The notes beneath the pieces are model-generated. The model was given only the letters and a program-made list of their open reading frames with translations, was not told the DNA's origin and did no database searches. A stretch of 63,319 nucleotides of DNA from a virus. Taxonomy: Duplodnaviria > Caudoviricetes. The position numbers and the translations under genes are program-made. The stretch's first letter is position 1; every line of letters begins with the position of its first letter. Positions 9,401 to 16,977 of the stretch are shown in pieces. The stretch is taken from positions 1 through 63,319 of IMG/VR virus record IMGVR_UViG_3300044833_000023; one strand, written 5' to 3'.

Positions 9401-12400
9401 CCGGAGCGGTTGGCCGGCTCGTTGGCCGCCTTCTTCCGCCCAACCTCGGTGCCGCCCGCGTTGTGGCTCTCGTCCATGATGACGACGGAGTGTGGCGCGA
9501 TGGCTTTGAGGAAGGCGCGGCGGCCGGTGTCCTCGCCCTTGACCGTCTGCATCTGCGAATAGTTGGTGAACACCATATCGAAGTGCTTCTGGAAGGCTTC
9601 CTTGCCGGAAACGCTGCCGAGCACGCGATCATGCTCTTTCAGTTGCCCGTTCTTCAGCGTGGCGCCGCCCTCTTCGAGCGGCATGTCGAGATCGGCGTTG
9701 GTGGCGAGGATGCGCGGCGGCTCGTCGGTCATGCCGATCGCCTTCATGTCGCGGTAGATGTCGGCGTAGAGGTTGGGGCTCATCGTCACAAAGACCGGGA
9801 TGCGGTCGTTCTTGATCGCCCACTTGATGATCGCGGCATTGACGCGGCCCTTGCCGATGCCGGTCTGGTCTCCAATGATGAAGCCGTTGCCGTTCTTGAT
9901 GTTGTCGATCGCGAGGCCCAGCGCGTCGATCTGCTCGGCACCGAAGTATTTCGGAAGATCGGCCTTCTTGTAGTCGAGTTCCTTGGCGACAAAATCATCG
10001 ATCGGCCCGACACGGCGCTCAAGATCGTCGAGCGAGGCGTCTTGCGGACGCTTGAGGTTGGCGGGGACGAGCGTGTCGAGGTTCTCGATCTTGCTCTTGG
10101 GGGTGTTGCGGACCTGACCCTCGGTCTCGGTCGCGGTGCCGGCCTTCGCGCGCTCCCGATCTGGGCTCTCGTCCTTGGTCTGCTCTTTCTCTCCGAGCTT
10201 GATCTCGCCTGACGTCAAGTCTTGGATGAACCGCTTGAGGTACTGCGCCATGTCCTGCATGGCTTCCTTGCCGAACTTCAGCGTGTCGCGCATGTGCTCG
10301 ACCATGCGGCGGATCAGTTCGCCGATGTCGCCCCAGAAGCTGCGGTAGTGCTCGGCCGCCGTCTTGAAGAACGGCTTGGCCTTGGCGTAGGTGTCCTCGT
10401 CGAAGGCGGGGCCGGCGCCGTGGGTCTTGCCGCCGCCGAACAGTTGATAGAGGCCGGAGAAGGCGGCATCGGTCGCGGCCGACATGTTCTCGCCGGCGGA
10501 TTTGACGTTCTCTTTGGTGGTGCGCGGGCCGCCCGATGTGCGCGGGCCAGCAGCCGGCTTGCTAACGGGCTCGGCGTAGGCGTCCTTGATCGCGCCGCTG
10601 ATGAGTGCGTCGAGGTCTAATCCAGATGATGATCCGATGGCAGGAGCAGCACTATCAGATCGATCGGCCGGGTTATGTTCTCCGGCTCCAAGTGCATCTT
10701 GATCGCCGCCTCCGCCAGCACCGGCATTCCCGGCTCCTGAAACAGGCTGTTGCACCACGCCCGCGGGGTTTTCCCCTCCGGCTGCGGCTCGATCCCCACC
10801 CTGTCCAGCATCTCCAGTATCTCCGATGCCTGATCCCGCCAATCCGGGTCGCTCGACATCATCACTGACATGCTGTCCGCCAGCCGTTCCAGCATCGCTT
10901 CGGTTCGGTTGTCCATCGAGCAGCCCTCCCAGGCCGGTCCAATCGTTGAAGATGCGCGGTACATCGACCGCTGGCAAGGCCCGGGAGGACTTCCCGCGGC
11001 CGTTTATGACGATCACATCAACCGGCCAGCCGGCGCCCTGACGCTCATAGAGGTCGCCTGAGACCGTGAAATGATCGGTGACGTCGTACTTGTCGTACAG
11101 CGTCTTGAAGAATTCGCGCTTGGCCTTGCCGTTGTAGGCATCCGACCGGGCTTCCCGGGTCGTCGCCATCCTGTTGACGCCGCCGAGGATCAGCACGGCC
11201 TTGCCGTTGTCCTTCATGGCGGCCAGGGCGCGCAGCGCGATGGCGTGATCGATCTCGTGGGTCTGATAGTTGGGCTGTATGTCGCCCATGTCGAACACCT
11301 TGGAGACCACGCCGTACTGCGTTGACTCCCGCACCGCGCCGAACGGCGGGTTGGCGATTACGACGTCGTAGGTCGGATTTTGGTGGCGCTCCAATGCGTC
11401 TTTGTTGCTGACGTTGAAGCCCTGCTCTTTCAGGTTGCCTGCGCGATCCGGGTTGATCTCGTTGGCGATCGTGAGCTTGGGGTCGGCGCCGATCAGGAGC
11501 GCGCCGTTGCCGGCGGTCGGCTCATAGACCGTTGTGTCCTTCGTGATGCCCGCGAGTTCGGAGGCGATATAGCCCAGCGGTACCGGCGTCGAATATGCCT
11601 GGTCGCGAACCGACGTCGACGTGCGCGTGCCGAGACGGGGCTGGCGGCCGTACAGGCCCACCAGCGCGTCGTAGATTTCCTTCGGCGTCCCGCCAGCGTC
11701 CACGATCCCGCGCGCGACCTTGACGATGCCGAATTCGATGGCTTCCTCGGTGGCCTTCGGGTCTCCGGGGAAACCCGCGTCGTGGGCAAACTTGCGCGCC
11801 GCGAGGATGTTCGTGAAGTCGAGGCCGTCGGTGAAGTGCTTGGCGAAGGCGTCGGAGAGCGACTGCTTGCTTGCCTCATCGACCGCGATCATCTCGTGGA
11901 TCGGCATCGGCTGCGGTCGCGGAACCTCAACGCGCGTGCGGGTGACGATCGGCTCCGGCTCGCCTTCGACGGCTTGAACGCGCGTGTTGATGCCGTGCTT
12001 GCCCTCGCCCGTGGTCAGGGCCTTGAGGACGCGCTCGAAGTCCGCGTTGATGGTCTTGCGTTCCTCGCCGACCGGGTACGGGTTGCCCTTGAAGCCTGCC
12101 GCGTAGCGCGTCGGCTCGACGCCCTGCACGAGGTACTGTGACGTGAAGCCTTCCTCTTGGATTTTGTCGAAGACGAAGGCTTCGCCCGCGCGTGCGAGCA
12201 ACTCAAGCGGCCGGCGCCAGTAGTCGCCCTTGCCGGAGAGCTTAGTCGCCTCCTTCAGGTAGTCCGTCGGAACCACCTTGCGCGCGATCGTGTCCGCCTT
12301 CTCGGCGTTCGTGATGTAGTGATCCCGGATGCCGATATTTTCCTCGGCCTTCTTCAGGCCCATGGACGACCCGCCCTTGCGCATCCGGTCCTTGATCCGG

Positions 12401-15400
12401 TTGGCGTGGTCGATCCAGGCTTGCCGCTGGCCCTTGTCATGTTCGAGCTTCTTGGCGTGGTCGGCGATGGCCTGTTCGTCATCCTGCTCTTTGTTGAACA
12501 GGTCGTGCATCAGCTTGTTGACGCCGACGCGGAGGCGCGGCTTCAGATGCGTGTTGGTTTCGTTGAACGCCGAGGCGTCGCTCATGGAGCCCAAGAAGCG
12601 CCCGCGCCACGCCTTCGCGGTGTTCTTCGGCGTGACGCGGCCGTTTGAAATCCATTTCGCGCCGCCCCCATAGGGGTTCGACGTTGCGAATTCGCCGAGG
12701 TAATGGTCGAGCGCGTGTATCCACTCGTGCGCCAGCGAGCCCGCGCCGTTGATCTTCGTCATGTTGATGACGGTGCGGTCAGCCTCGTAGTGCGCGGCGC
12801 CCGCGCCCTTGCCGCCCTTGCCGCGGGAGCCGAAGCCGATGGCGAGCGTGCCGTCGAGCGACATCGCCTTGGCGGGAAGATTGAGGATACGCGCGAGGTC
12901 GTGCAGCGCGTCAAAGGCGAGGTTGAGCACCTTCTGGCGTTCGTCGTTTGCCGCCCAGTTGCCGAACTCGACGCCACGGAAGCCGAAGGTGTCCTTGAAA
13001 TCGTCGGAGCCGACGTCGCGATCCTTGCGATAGTCCGGGCCGTCGCGGTTGATGGCGTCGAGATGCGGGCGGTTCGGCTCCTGTTCCTCAGAGCCGCCTT
13101 TGCTGATCTTGGCGTAGGCTTCCTTGGCTGCGGCTTCCGCGAGTTCGCGGGTGCCGAACTCTCCGACCTTTCCGCCGTTCTTGCGGCGAACGATCCACAC
13201 CTTCTCTTTGACCGCTTTCTTTTCGTAGTCGTATGGAGTGTAGGGATCGATCTCGAACAGCCGCTGCCACGGCTCCATGTTCGGGAAGCCTTTGGCGACG
13301 GCGCCTTCGGCGGTGCGAACGTCGGCGCCCATCACCGTGAGGGGATTGTTGCGGCTACCGCGCTGCCTAATCGCGGCGAGGACCGAATAACTGTTGGTGC
13401 CGAGCGCGGCGGAGACGGCCTGACTGACCTTCTTCATCTCATCGACGGTCTTCACCTTGGCGAATTCGTCGCGGATGGCTTTCAGGGCATCGAAGTAGTT
13501 GTCGCGATCTTCTTTGCTGACCGTATCGTTGTAGCGGTTGGTCGGCTTGACGGCGATGCGGTCGTAGACGCGCTTCATCAGCGCAGCCGCCACGGGCGCG
13601 ACGCCGCTATCGACGACGGCCGCATAATCCGGGCGCGGCCAGATGTTGTGCTTGGTGACGTTGGTATCAAGCTCGCCGCCGGTCATGCCGTCGAGTGCGG
13701 CCTTGGTCAGGCCGCCGGTCCATTGGTCCTTGCGCGCGCCGCCGATCTTCTCGCCAACGTCCTCGATCTTCTGCTTTTCCGGCTCGGGGACGGGCTCATC
13801 GACGGACGGCTTTTTTTCTTCTTCGGCCTTCTGGCGCCGCTTCGTCTCGCGGTCATGCAGTTGTAGCGCAGCGGTCAGAACGTCAACTTCCTGATCGCTC
13901 TCGGTTTTGCCGCGTTCCAAGATGTCCCGAGCCGAAGTAGCCATGGGGCTTGTGCGGTGCCATTTGTGCTCTTTGTCTTTGAGCGCAAATGTGAGGGCGG
14001 CTTTCTCGTTCGGCGTGAGGTTCGGGTCGCCTTCCTCTACAACGGTGTCGTTGGCATCTTCGGCGGCAGGCTGGTGTTCAGTGGCGTCGCCGGTTTTGTC
14101 CCCAGCGGTTTTGTTCCCGCGGGCGGCTGGCTTAGCGGTGCCGCCGCCTGCGGTTGAGCCATCGCCGGGCTTGCCTGTTTCGCCTTGTGCGCCATTTTCG
14201 CCGCCGCTCGCAGCGACCGGAGTTTCTGTTGCACTACCGGCGCCGACTTGCCCAGATGCGGGGCGTTCTTGCTCAGAAGGTGTGCCGCTGCCAGATGCCC
14301 CTTGGCTTCCGGGCTGTAGTAGTGTGTTGACTTCTTCGCCATAGGCTTGTTCCGCCTGCTGATGAGTGAGGAATTTCTGGCCGACGAGGTTCTCGATGAC
14401 GGCGTGGCCGAACGCAACGTGGGGCAGCATCCCCTCGTTCTCTGCGAGGATTTCCGCCGCGCGCGCGGTGTCTACCGGCAGAACGTGGTGATAGTCCTCG
14501 CCGAGCGCCGCCTCGATCTGGGCGTGATGCTCTTTCGTCGGCTCCGCGGTGACGGGCGCGGGCGGCATTACCTCGGCGCGGCCGATGGCGCCGATCGGCT
14601 GCGAGTGGTCGCCGTTGCGGAGCCAATCCTTGAATTCGTCCGGCGCCAGCGCCTTCATACCGCCGATGCGATCAGCGCCGCCGTCGGTGTACGAGTTCGC
14701 GTAGGCGTGAAGTGCCTCGATCGGGTTGCGGAACCCGGTCATGATCTTGTGTTCGTCGAATTCGCCCTTACCGCCAGCGTGGTGCTGGTCGATGACGAAG
14801 ACGTGCTGGCTGTCCGGATGCGCGCCGATGAAGACGTCGAGCGGTTCGCCGTCGGCGCCCGTCGTACCCTTGATGCGGCCGTACGCAACCGGCATCTTGA
14901 CTTCCCACGGCGTACCGTCTTGCTCGGTGCCCTTGCGGGTGTCGCCGACGCCGGTCTCCAGGCTGATCGAGTTCTTGCCGGTCAGCCCGAGATGCTCGAT
15001 CTCGGCGTGACCGTGCTTGAAGTTCGTTGCCGCGGCCTGCGGGTCGGTCGGGTCTTTCGCGACGACTTCGCTCGCCTTGAGCACATCGTCCGCAGAGCGG
15101 ATGTTGATGGGATTGTCGCGGGTGCCTGTGCCGGTCGTTTCGGCCGTGGGCTGCGGTACCGGCTTTTCGGCCGTATTTTGCTGGGCTTCTTGCTCTGGCG
15201 GTCGCTCGCTCGCCGATCCGCGCGCCATCGCCTCTTGAAACCGGCGCCGTCGCTCGGCCGGGGTCATGACCGCGATGTGAGCGTCTGTCCAGCCGGCGCG
15301 CTTCAGGCCCTCGCGCTCGGTCCGCTCGGTCGCGCTCTCGCCTTGCGGATTGAGCGGTTCTTCCTTGTTGTTGACGGGCGCTTCGCCTTGGCTGGTGTGC

Positions 15401-16977
15401 TTGTTGACCGCTGCGACCAATTCCTCGTGCGACATCGCGGCGATGTCTTCGTCCGAATGACCGAAATAGCGCAGGATGCGCTCCAGCTTCGTGCGAACGT
15501 CGGTCTGCTCGTTGGTCTTCTGGCGTTCGCGCTTCTGGCGTTGCTGGCCTTGACCAGTGTTGCCGTTGCCGGCGCCGCCGCCGGGATTGCTGCCGCCAGT
15601 ATCGGAGCCAGTCCCCGTTGACCCCGCGCCAGTGTCCGGATTGATGTCGTCGTGCGGGGGCGGGGGCGGCGGGAGGTCCGGCGGAGTGTCCGGGGTGATG
15701 TCCGGCGGAGTGTCCGGCGTGGGCGGAACGTCGCCCGGCTTCTTTCGGCCTTCCATGTAGGCATGGCCCGCGCCGAGCAATACGCCAGTGATGAGCGACG
15801 CGATGACGCGCTTGATGTCGGGGCTGTATTCGGCCTTGGGGTCGTAATACTTCTGCGCTATCTGGTCGCCGAGATACTCTTGCGCCTCTACGACGGCCGC
15901 CATGGTGCCGGCGAATGCCGCGGTCTTCCGGAACGCGGCCGAGGCAACGTACTTGTTGAGGGTTTCTGCCGCCCAGCCGCTCAATGCAGGGGCGAATTTC
16001 TTGACGGGTGTGAGTATGACGCCAAGAGGGACAGCGCCGAGCGCGCCACTAACGAGCGCCGACATACCGGCTGCCTTAGCCGCGTCTTCATCGCTTGCGT
16101 TCTTGGCTTTCGCCGCCTCAAAGGTGTCGCCTGCGGATTGCGCGGCCATGGTGGCGGCGCCGAGGGTGATACCAAGTGCGGGATTGATTGCGCCGACGGC
16201 CACGGGCGCCACCATGCCGCCAACCGCAGGGCCAAGATACTTACCGCCGAAGCTCTCCTTTTCAGCCGGCGACATCGGGATCGTGTCTTCGGCTGATTTC
16301 TTGATCGCAGCGCCGCCCTTATAAAGCGGGCGCTCCGTTACCGGAACAGACGGCTGGGCGTTGAAGGTGCCAAACTTCTGGCGGAGACCTTCCATTTCGG
16401 CCTGTGCGTCTGCACCGCCAGAGATGCGCTGCAAGGCCGCGTTGTAGTCCATCTGCAATCCGCGATCGGTGATCGTGGTCAGCGCCTGCTTCATCAGTTT
16501 GGCTTTGCCGCCCGCATCCAGCGTGCCAGCCGTCCCAAGTTGATCGATCAGCGCGGATGCTTCCGGCTTCTCGGGGGTGTTGTCCTTGATCGCGCCAGCT
16601 TGCAGGATCGCGCCGCCGCTCTTGATGAAGCCCTGCGCGGCGCCCTTGCCTGCTGCAACGGTCTGGTCGATCGGACCGAGTGTCGGGACCGGCGCTTCCG
16701 GCGGCTTCACTACCTCGCCGAACGATGACGGTTTCGGGCCAGTGACGACGGGCTCGCCGTAGGATGACGGGGGTTTTTCCGCTACGGGCTCGACGGGCTT
16801 CTCGTCGATGTGCCGCGTCTTGCGGTCCATCCGGCGCATGAGCGTGTCGGACAAGCGGCCGGGATCGGCAACTCCGCTATCGGAGATGTCGCCTGGGAAG
16901 GTCTGTCGTGCGAGATCGTCTACGCCCTGACCGGGATCATAAGGCGCGTCTGCCCCGAAGGCATCGGCGAGAGCCAT
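3406..16977 (-). CDS. Giant 4523-aa polyvalent virion/ejection protein (DarB-like): PPase-like, LPD5/LPD1-like, N6-adenine MTase, strawberry-notch-like SF2 helicase, HExxH metallopeptidase, LPD38-like C-terminus
   Basis: YGRIKGTTGADGEPLDVFIG..DEHK (~14.7-15.0 kb); KIEDVGEKIGGARKD (~13.77 kb); FGFRGVEFGNW..GSLAHEWIHALD..YWRRPLELLARAGE (~12.0-13.0 kb); EPTAGNG and NPPF (~11.3-11.6 kb); GDQTGIGKG, DESH, SAT, QLLGRINRTGQ (~8.2-9.9 kb); HEAYH (~6.34 kb). Confidence 0.9.
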   Translation of the reverse strand: MALADAFGADAPYDPGQGVDDLARQTFPGDISDSGVADPGRLSDTLMRRMDRKTRHIDEKPVEPVAEKPPSSYGEPVVTGPKPSSFGEVVKPPEAPVPTLGPIDQTVAAGKGAAQGFIKSGGAILQAGAIKDNTPEKPEASALIDQLGTAGTLDAGGKAKLMKQALTTITDRGLQMDYNAALQRISGGADAQAEMEGLRQKFGTFNAQPSVPVTERPLYKGGAAIKKSAEDTIPMSPAEKESFGGKYLGPAVGGMVAPVAVGAINPALGITLGAATMAAQSAGDTFEAAKAKNASDEDAAKAAGMSALVSGALGAVPLGVILTPVKKFAPALSGWAAETLNKYVASAAFRKTAAFAGTMAAVVEAQEYLGDQIAQKYYDPKAEYSPDIKRVIASLITGVLLGAGHAYMEGRKKPGDVPPTPDTPPDITPDTPPDLPPPPPPHDDINPDTGAGSTGTGSDTGGSNPGGGAGNGNTGQGQQRQKRERQKTNEQTDVRTKLERILRYFGHSDEDIAAMSHEELVAAVNKHTSQGEAPVNNKEEPLNPQGESATERTEREGLKRAGWTDAHIAVMTPAERRRRFQEAMARGSASERPPEQEAQQNTAEKPVPQPTAETTGTGTRDNPINIRSADDVLKASEVVAKDPTDPQAAATNFKHGHAEIEHLGLTGKNSISLETGVGDTRKGTEQDGTPWEVKMPVAYGRIKGTTGADGEPLDVFIGAHPDSQHVFVIDQHHAGGKGEFDEHKIMTGFRNPIEALHAYANSYTDGGADRIGGMKALAPDEFKDWLRNGDHSQPIGAIGRAEVMPPAPVTAEPTKEHHAQIEAALGEDYHHVLPVDTARAAEILAENEGMLPHVAFGHAVIENLVGQKFLTHQQAEQAYGEEVNTLLQPGSQGASGSGTPSEQERPASGQVGAGSATETPVAASGGENGAQGETGKPGDGSTAGGGTAKPAARGNKTAGDKTGDATEHQPAAEDANDTVVEEGDPNLTPNEKAALTFALKDKEHKWHRTSPMATSARDILERGKTESDQEVDVLTAALQLHDRETKRRQKAEEEKKPSVDEPVPEPEKQKIEDVGEKIGGARKDQWTGGLTKAALDGMTGGELDTNVTKHNIWPRPDYAAVVDSGVAPVAAALMKRVYDRIAVKPTNRYNDTVSKEDRDNYFDALKAIRDEFAKVKTVDEMKKVSQAVSAALGTNSYSVLAAIRQRGSRNNPLTVMGADVRTAEGAVAKGFPNMEPWQRLFEIDPYTPYDYEKKAVKEKVWIVRRKNGGKVGEFGTRELAEAAAKEAYAKISKGGSEEQEPNRPHLDAINRDGPDYRKDRDVGSDDFKDTFGFRGVEFGNWAANDERQKVLNLAFDALHDLARILNLPAKAMSLDGTLAIGFGSRGKGGKGAGAAHYEADRTVINMTKINGAGSLAHEWIHALDHYLGEFATSNPYGGGAKWISNGRVTPKNTAKAWRGRFLGSMSDASAFNETNTHLKPRLRVGVNKLMHDLFNKEQDDEQAIADHAKKLEHDKGQRQAWIDHANRIKDRMRKGGSSMGLKKAEENIGIRDHYITNAEKADTIARKVVPTDYLKEATKLSGKGDYWRRPLELLARAGEAFVFDKIQEEGFTSQYLVQGVEPTRYAAGFKGNPYPVGEERKTINADFERVLKALTTGEGKHGINTRVQAVEGEPEPIVTRTRVEVPRPQPMPIHEMIAVDEASKQSLSDAFAKHFTDGLDFTNILAARKFAHDAGFPGDPKATEEAIEFGIVKVARGIVDAGGTPKEIYDALVGLYGRQPRLGTRTSTSVRDQAYSTPVPLGYIASELAGITKDTTVYEPTAGNGALLIGADPKLTIANEINPDRAGNLKEQGFNVSNKDALERHQNPTYDVVIANPPFGAVRESTQYGVVSKVFDMGDIQPNYQTHEIDHAIALRALAAMKDNGKAVLILGGVNRMATTREARSDAYNGKAKREFFKTLYDKYDVTDHFTVSGDLYERQGAGWPVDVIVINGRGKSSRALPAVDVPRIFNDWTGLGGLLDGQPNRSDAGTAGGQHVSDDVERPGLAGSGIGDTGDAGQGGDRAAAGGENPAGVVQQPVSGAGNAGAGGGGDQDALGAGEHNPADRSDSAAPAIGSSSGLDLDALISGAIKDAYAEPVSKPAAGPRTSGGPRTTKENVKSAGENMSAATDAAFSGLYQLFGGGKTHGAGPAFDEDTYAKAKPFFKTAAEHYRSFWGDIGELIRRMVEHMRDTLKFGKEAMQDMAQYLKRFIQDLTSGEIKLGEKEQTKDESPDRERAKAGTATETEGQVRNTPKSKIENLDTLVPANLKRPQDASLDDLERRVGPIDDFVAKELDYKKADLPKYFGAEQIDALGLAIDNIKNGNGFIIGDQTGIGKGRVNAAIIKWAIKNDRIPVFVTMSPNLYADIYRDMKAIGMTDEPPRILATNADLDMPLEEGGATLKNGQLKEHDRVLGSVSGKEAFQKHFDMVFTNYSQMQTVKGEDTGRRAFLKAIAPHSVVIMDESHNAGGTEVGRKKAANEPANRSGFARELIQNANGVFYSSATYAKRPDVMDLYSATNMKMAVADPKDLGEAIARGGVPMQQAVATMLAEDGQYIRRERSFAGIEYNTPLVGVDRENYNTISSGLSAIQDFSAAVKAAMENVNADLMGEGGTTGYDGATGDSGAQSTNFTSIMHNVINQMLLAMKVEPAAQAAIEAIKRGEKPVLTVANTMESFLKDYADTIGVKVGDEMPADFSDVLHKYLERTRMITIKKPFMKKGEKAERRRLTDEELGPAGVASYERAKEIIGSMNLSEMPVSPIDHLIWRLKKEGYSVGEITGRGLILDYSGKGDPVLRKRPGKDLTTAGKNETLRKFNTKPVNGGHHALIINQSGSTGLSAHASRDFNDQSVRHMMIVQPEGNVDTHMQLLGRINRTGQVVLPRYTQFVADIPAEKRPAAVLAKKMASLNANTTASRTSAVTAKDVPDFINEYGDIVAANYLSENFEMNPRLAMPIKFTESGRAIIPDAMRKLTGRIPLLPLHEQEALYQELESAYEDMMKQLSAAGTNPMEAKTFDLKAKSLETTEVMGRKNDSNSRFAAPVNVEKVSVARLGKPYTPAEVMGKVIEAIGDRTAQAAPDEKAEIKDLARLLDQASDTYQGLGKASAANEIAERQRAIKEFAEYIKPILEGMPDAEKQAKEKSKFDAIKDRWSAVHKLVRIGQRVTLKTADGNLTGIITKVEQKGVTKNPLALSSWKAEFAIADASRHMTLPFSRIHADGKADSESALDVEVVPLQRWIESAEQTLDRYKHMQSDAREERYIATGNLLAAYDWLGRKGNIINYTDDKGGVRQGILTSRDFDLEKHAVDKGRVVHDPFEIRDWLDRNPTETIWSKGQTVSIRREGRWSKEYVIATDKAKKTGGVFFLDKPLIDLAAGDFISRSGRMVTDVTDGNILGAIKRLQELGAVFTLKAEAPKPTKVEEPLASITEAATEKQPEIEGLIRDVLQHLVGDHVKAEFSPDLMSLAGTAGGWGAMADRSPGARGLYYPSRHLIKLALLHGVDSAAFHEAYHAIEYQLQSPQERALMERETGRIRDYIRKTRGYSKEQADGLDPEEVRAIGFEDYATDRSKGEGLHVGVRRWYHRLWEAIKRLANGLRGLGFETYEDIFDKAYRGKYAKAKGDTPRPEAAIHDDEPLASIFEKRTKANGRVSEAIGNLFNDSKKADFVEAFSDLSHREKLLQKEVEARYLGLTPEEAKKVFPEASKLPDAMQFYVKKELIPGKVAYQANDFRNRLLKPLIETANKAEITLPDLGDYLMAKGALERNRNIGPLYQPGHPFNDAMRDNNIAGGSGFSNNEARDKIRAFESGPQGQAYKDIWRQTRNIVDFNRQMMVHYGLESQATIDAWKANGPDYVPFKGFEEADIDDEKYFGGKGSPIGIRAPETKRAFGRMSKADNPMVHLIDQAYRTIERGERNMHYNSIAETLATLKHGGINTDDFVSLNKGTPKKTIDPKTGLARWVDTSPSAMAKGAVNFKRNGAPRTMLFKSEKLAQSINRNSPWSFPGLNKVLLGVNKLKSMWTHYSPDFAARHFFGRYMVEGALNAYQLRDTGAYSPWKWTADAFPAFGRASRAISNFEKGRPSGQLGKYWAEMKAQGGNMAFRSMRDIDTIKNELVDDLKQITTSTRLNPLRVLKGIADKTDEIFNVWDNATRLATYAQARDQGMTPQAAAYRARNATVNYQKRAIVSSVAGTIFPFYNTAVRTGTRLTSALTQSGRMRRVFAGVFAAGVALALNNYLLGGSDDNGDPYFEKVPDFERALGFIFLNPFERDAQGRPQKYALPNAYNYALPMTFGYHLTGMFLDKIGAIKSKITVGEHAAEMVKSTLMAFTPLGEFGNLMDMITPELLRPLAHVIENKNWLGNPVHNDMFQKGPNSESGRKPRGDYMPTGEGWKTAAKTLNSWTGGDAHHSGLIDRYPEDIRELTDQMFGAQKRFGIEVGNTAGSIMKGETPKATDIPIAKVFRGIDYDQADAVARAKHRYEQKHPWEH
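10617..10916 (-). CDS. Candidate nested gene (99 aa) in the +1 frame inside the giant gene
   Basis: GGAGG 8 nt upstream of ATG; mostly G/C-ending codons; helical, globular-looking sequence MDNRTEAMLERLADSM...; the host frame is a Gly/Ala/Asp-rich linker here. Confidence 0.6.
   Translation of the reverse strand: MDNRTEAMLERLADSMSVMMSSDPDWRDQASEILEMLDRVGIEPQPEGKTPRAWCNSLFQEPGMPVLAEAAIKMHLEPENITRPIDLIVLLLPSDHHLD
14037..14342 (-). CDS. Candidate nested gene (101 aa, basic) in the +1 frame inside the giant gene
   Basis: MAKKSTHYYSPEAKGHLAAAHLL...; AGGCGG RBS-like element upstream; matches a low-complexity linker of the host frame. Confidence 0.5.
   Translation of the reverse strand: MAKKSTHYYSPEAKGHLAAAHLLSKNAPHLGKSAPVVQQKLRSLRAAAKMAHKAKQASPAMAQPQAAAPLSQPPAGTKPLGTKPATPLNTSLPPKMPTTPL

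Noticed and set aside
3778-15621. Many long plus-strand ORFs opposite the giant gene (e.g. 3778-5193, 5347-6870, 12703-13866, 14347-15621)
   Set aside because: Typical antisense shadows of GC-rich coding DNA, with Arg/Val/Leu-biased sequence and no motifs.
15981-16235. Another same-strand alternative-frame ORF inside the giant gene
   Set aside because: No ATG with a clear RBS, an Arg/Pro/Ser-rich frameshift-like composition, and the host frame here is an ordered hydrophobic region.
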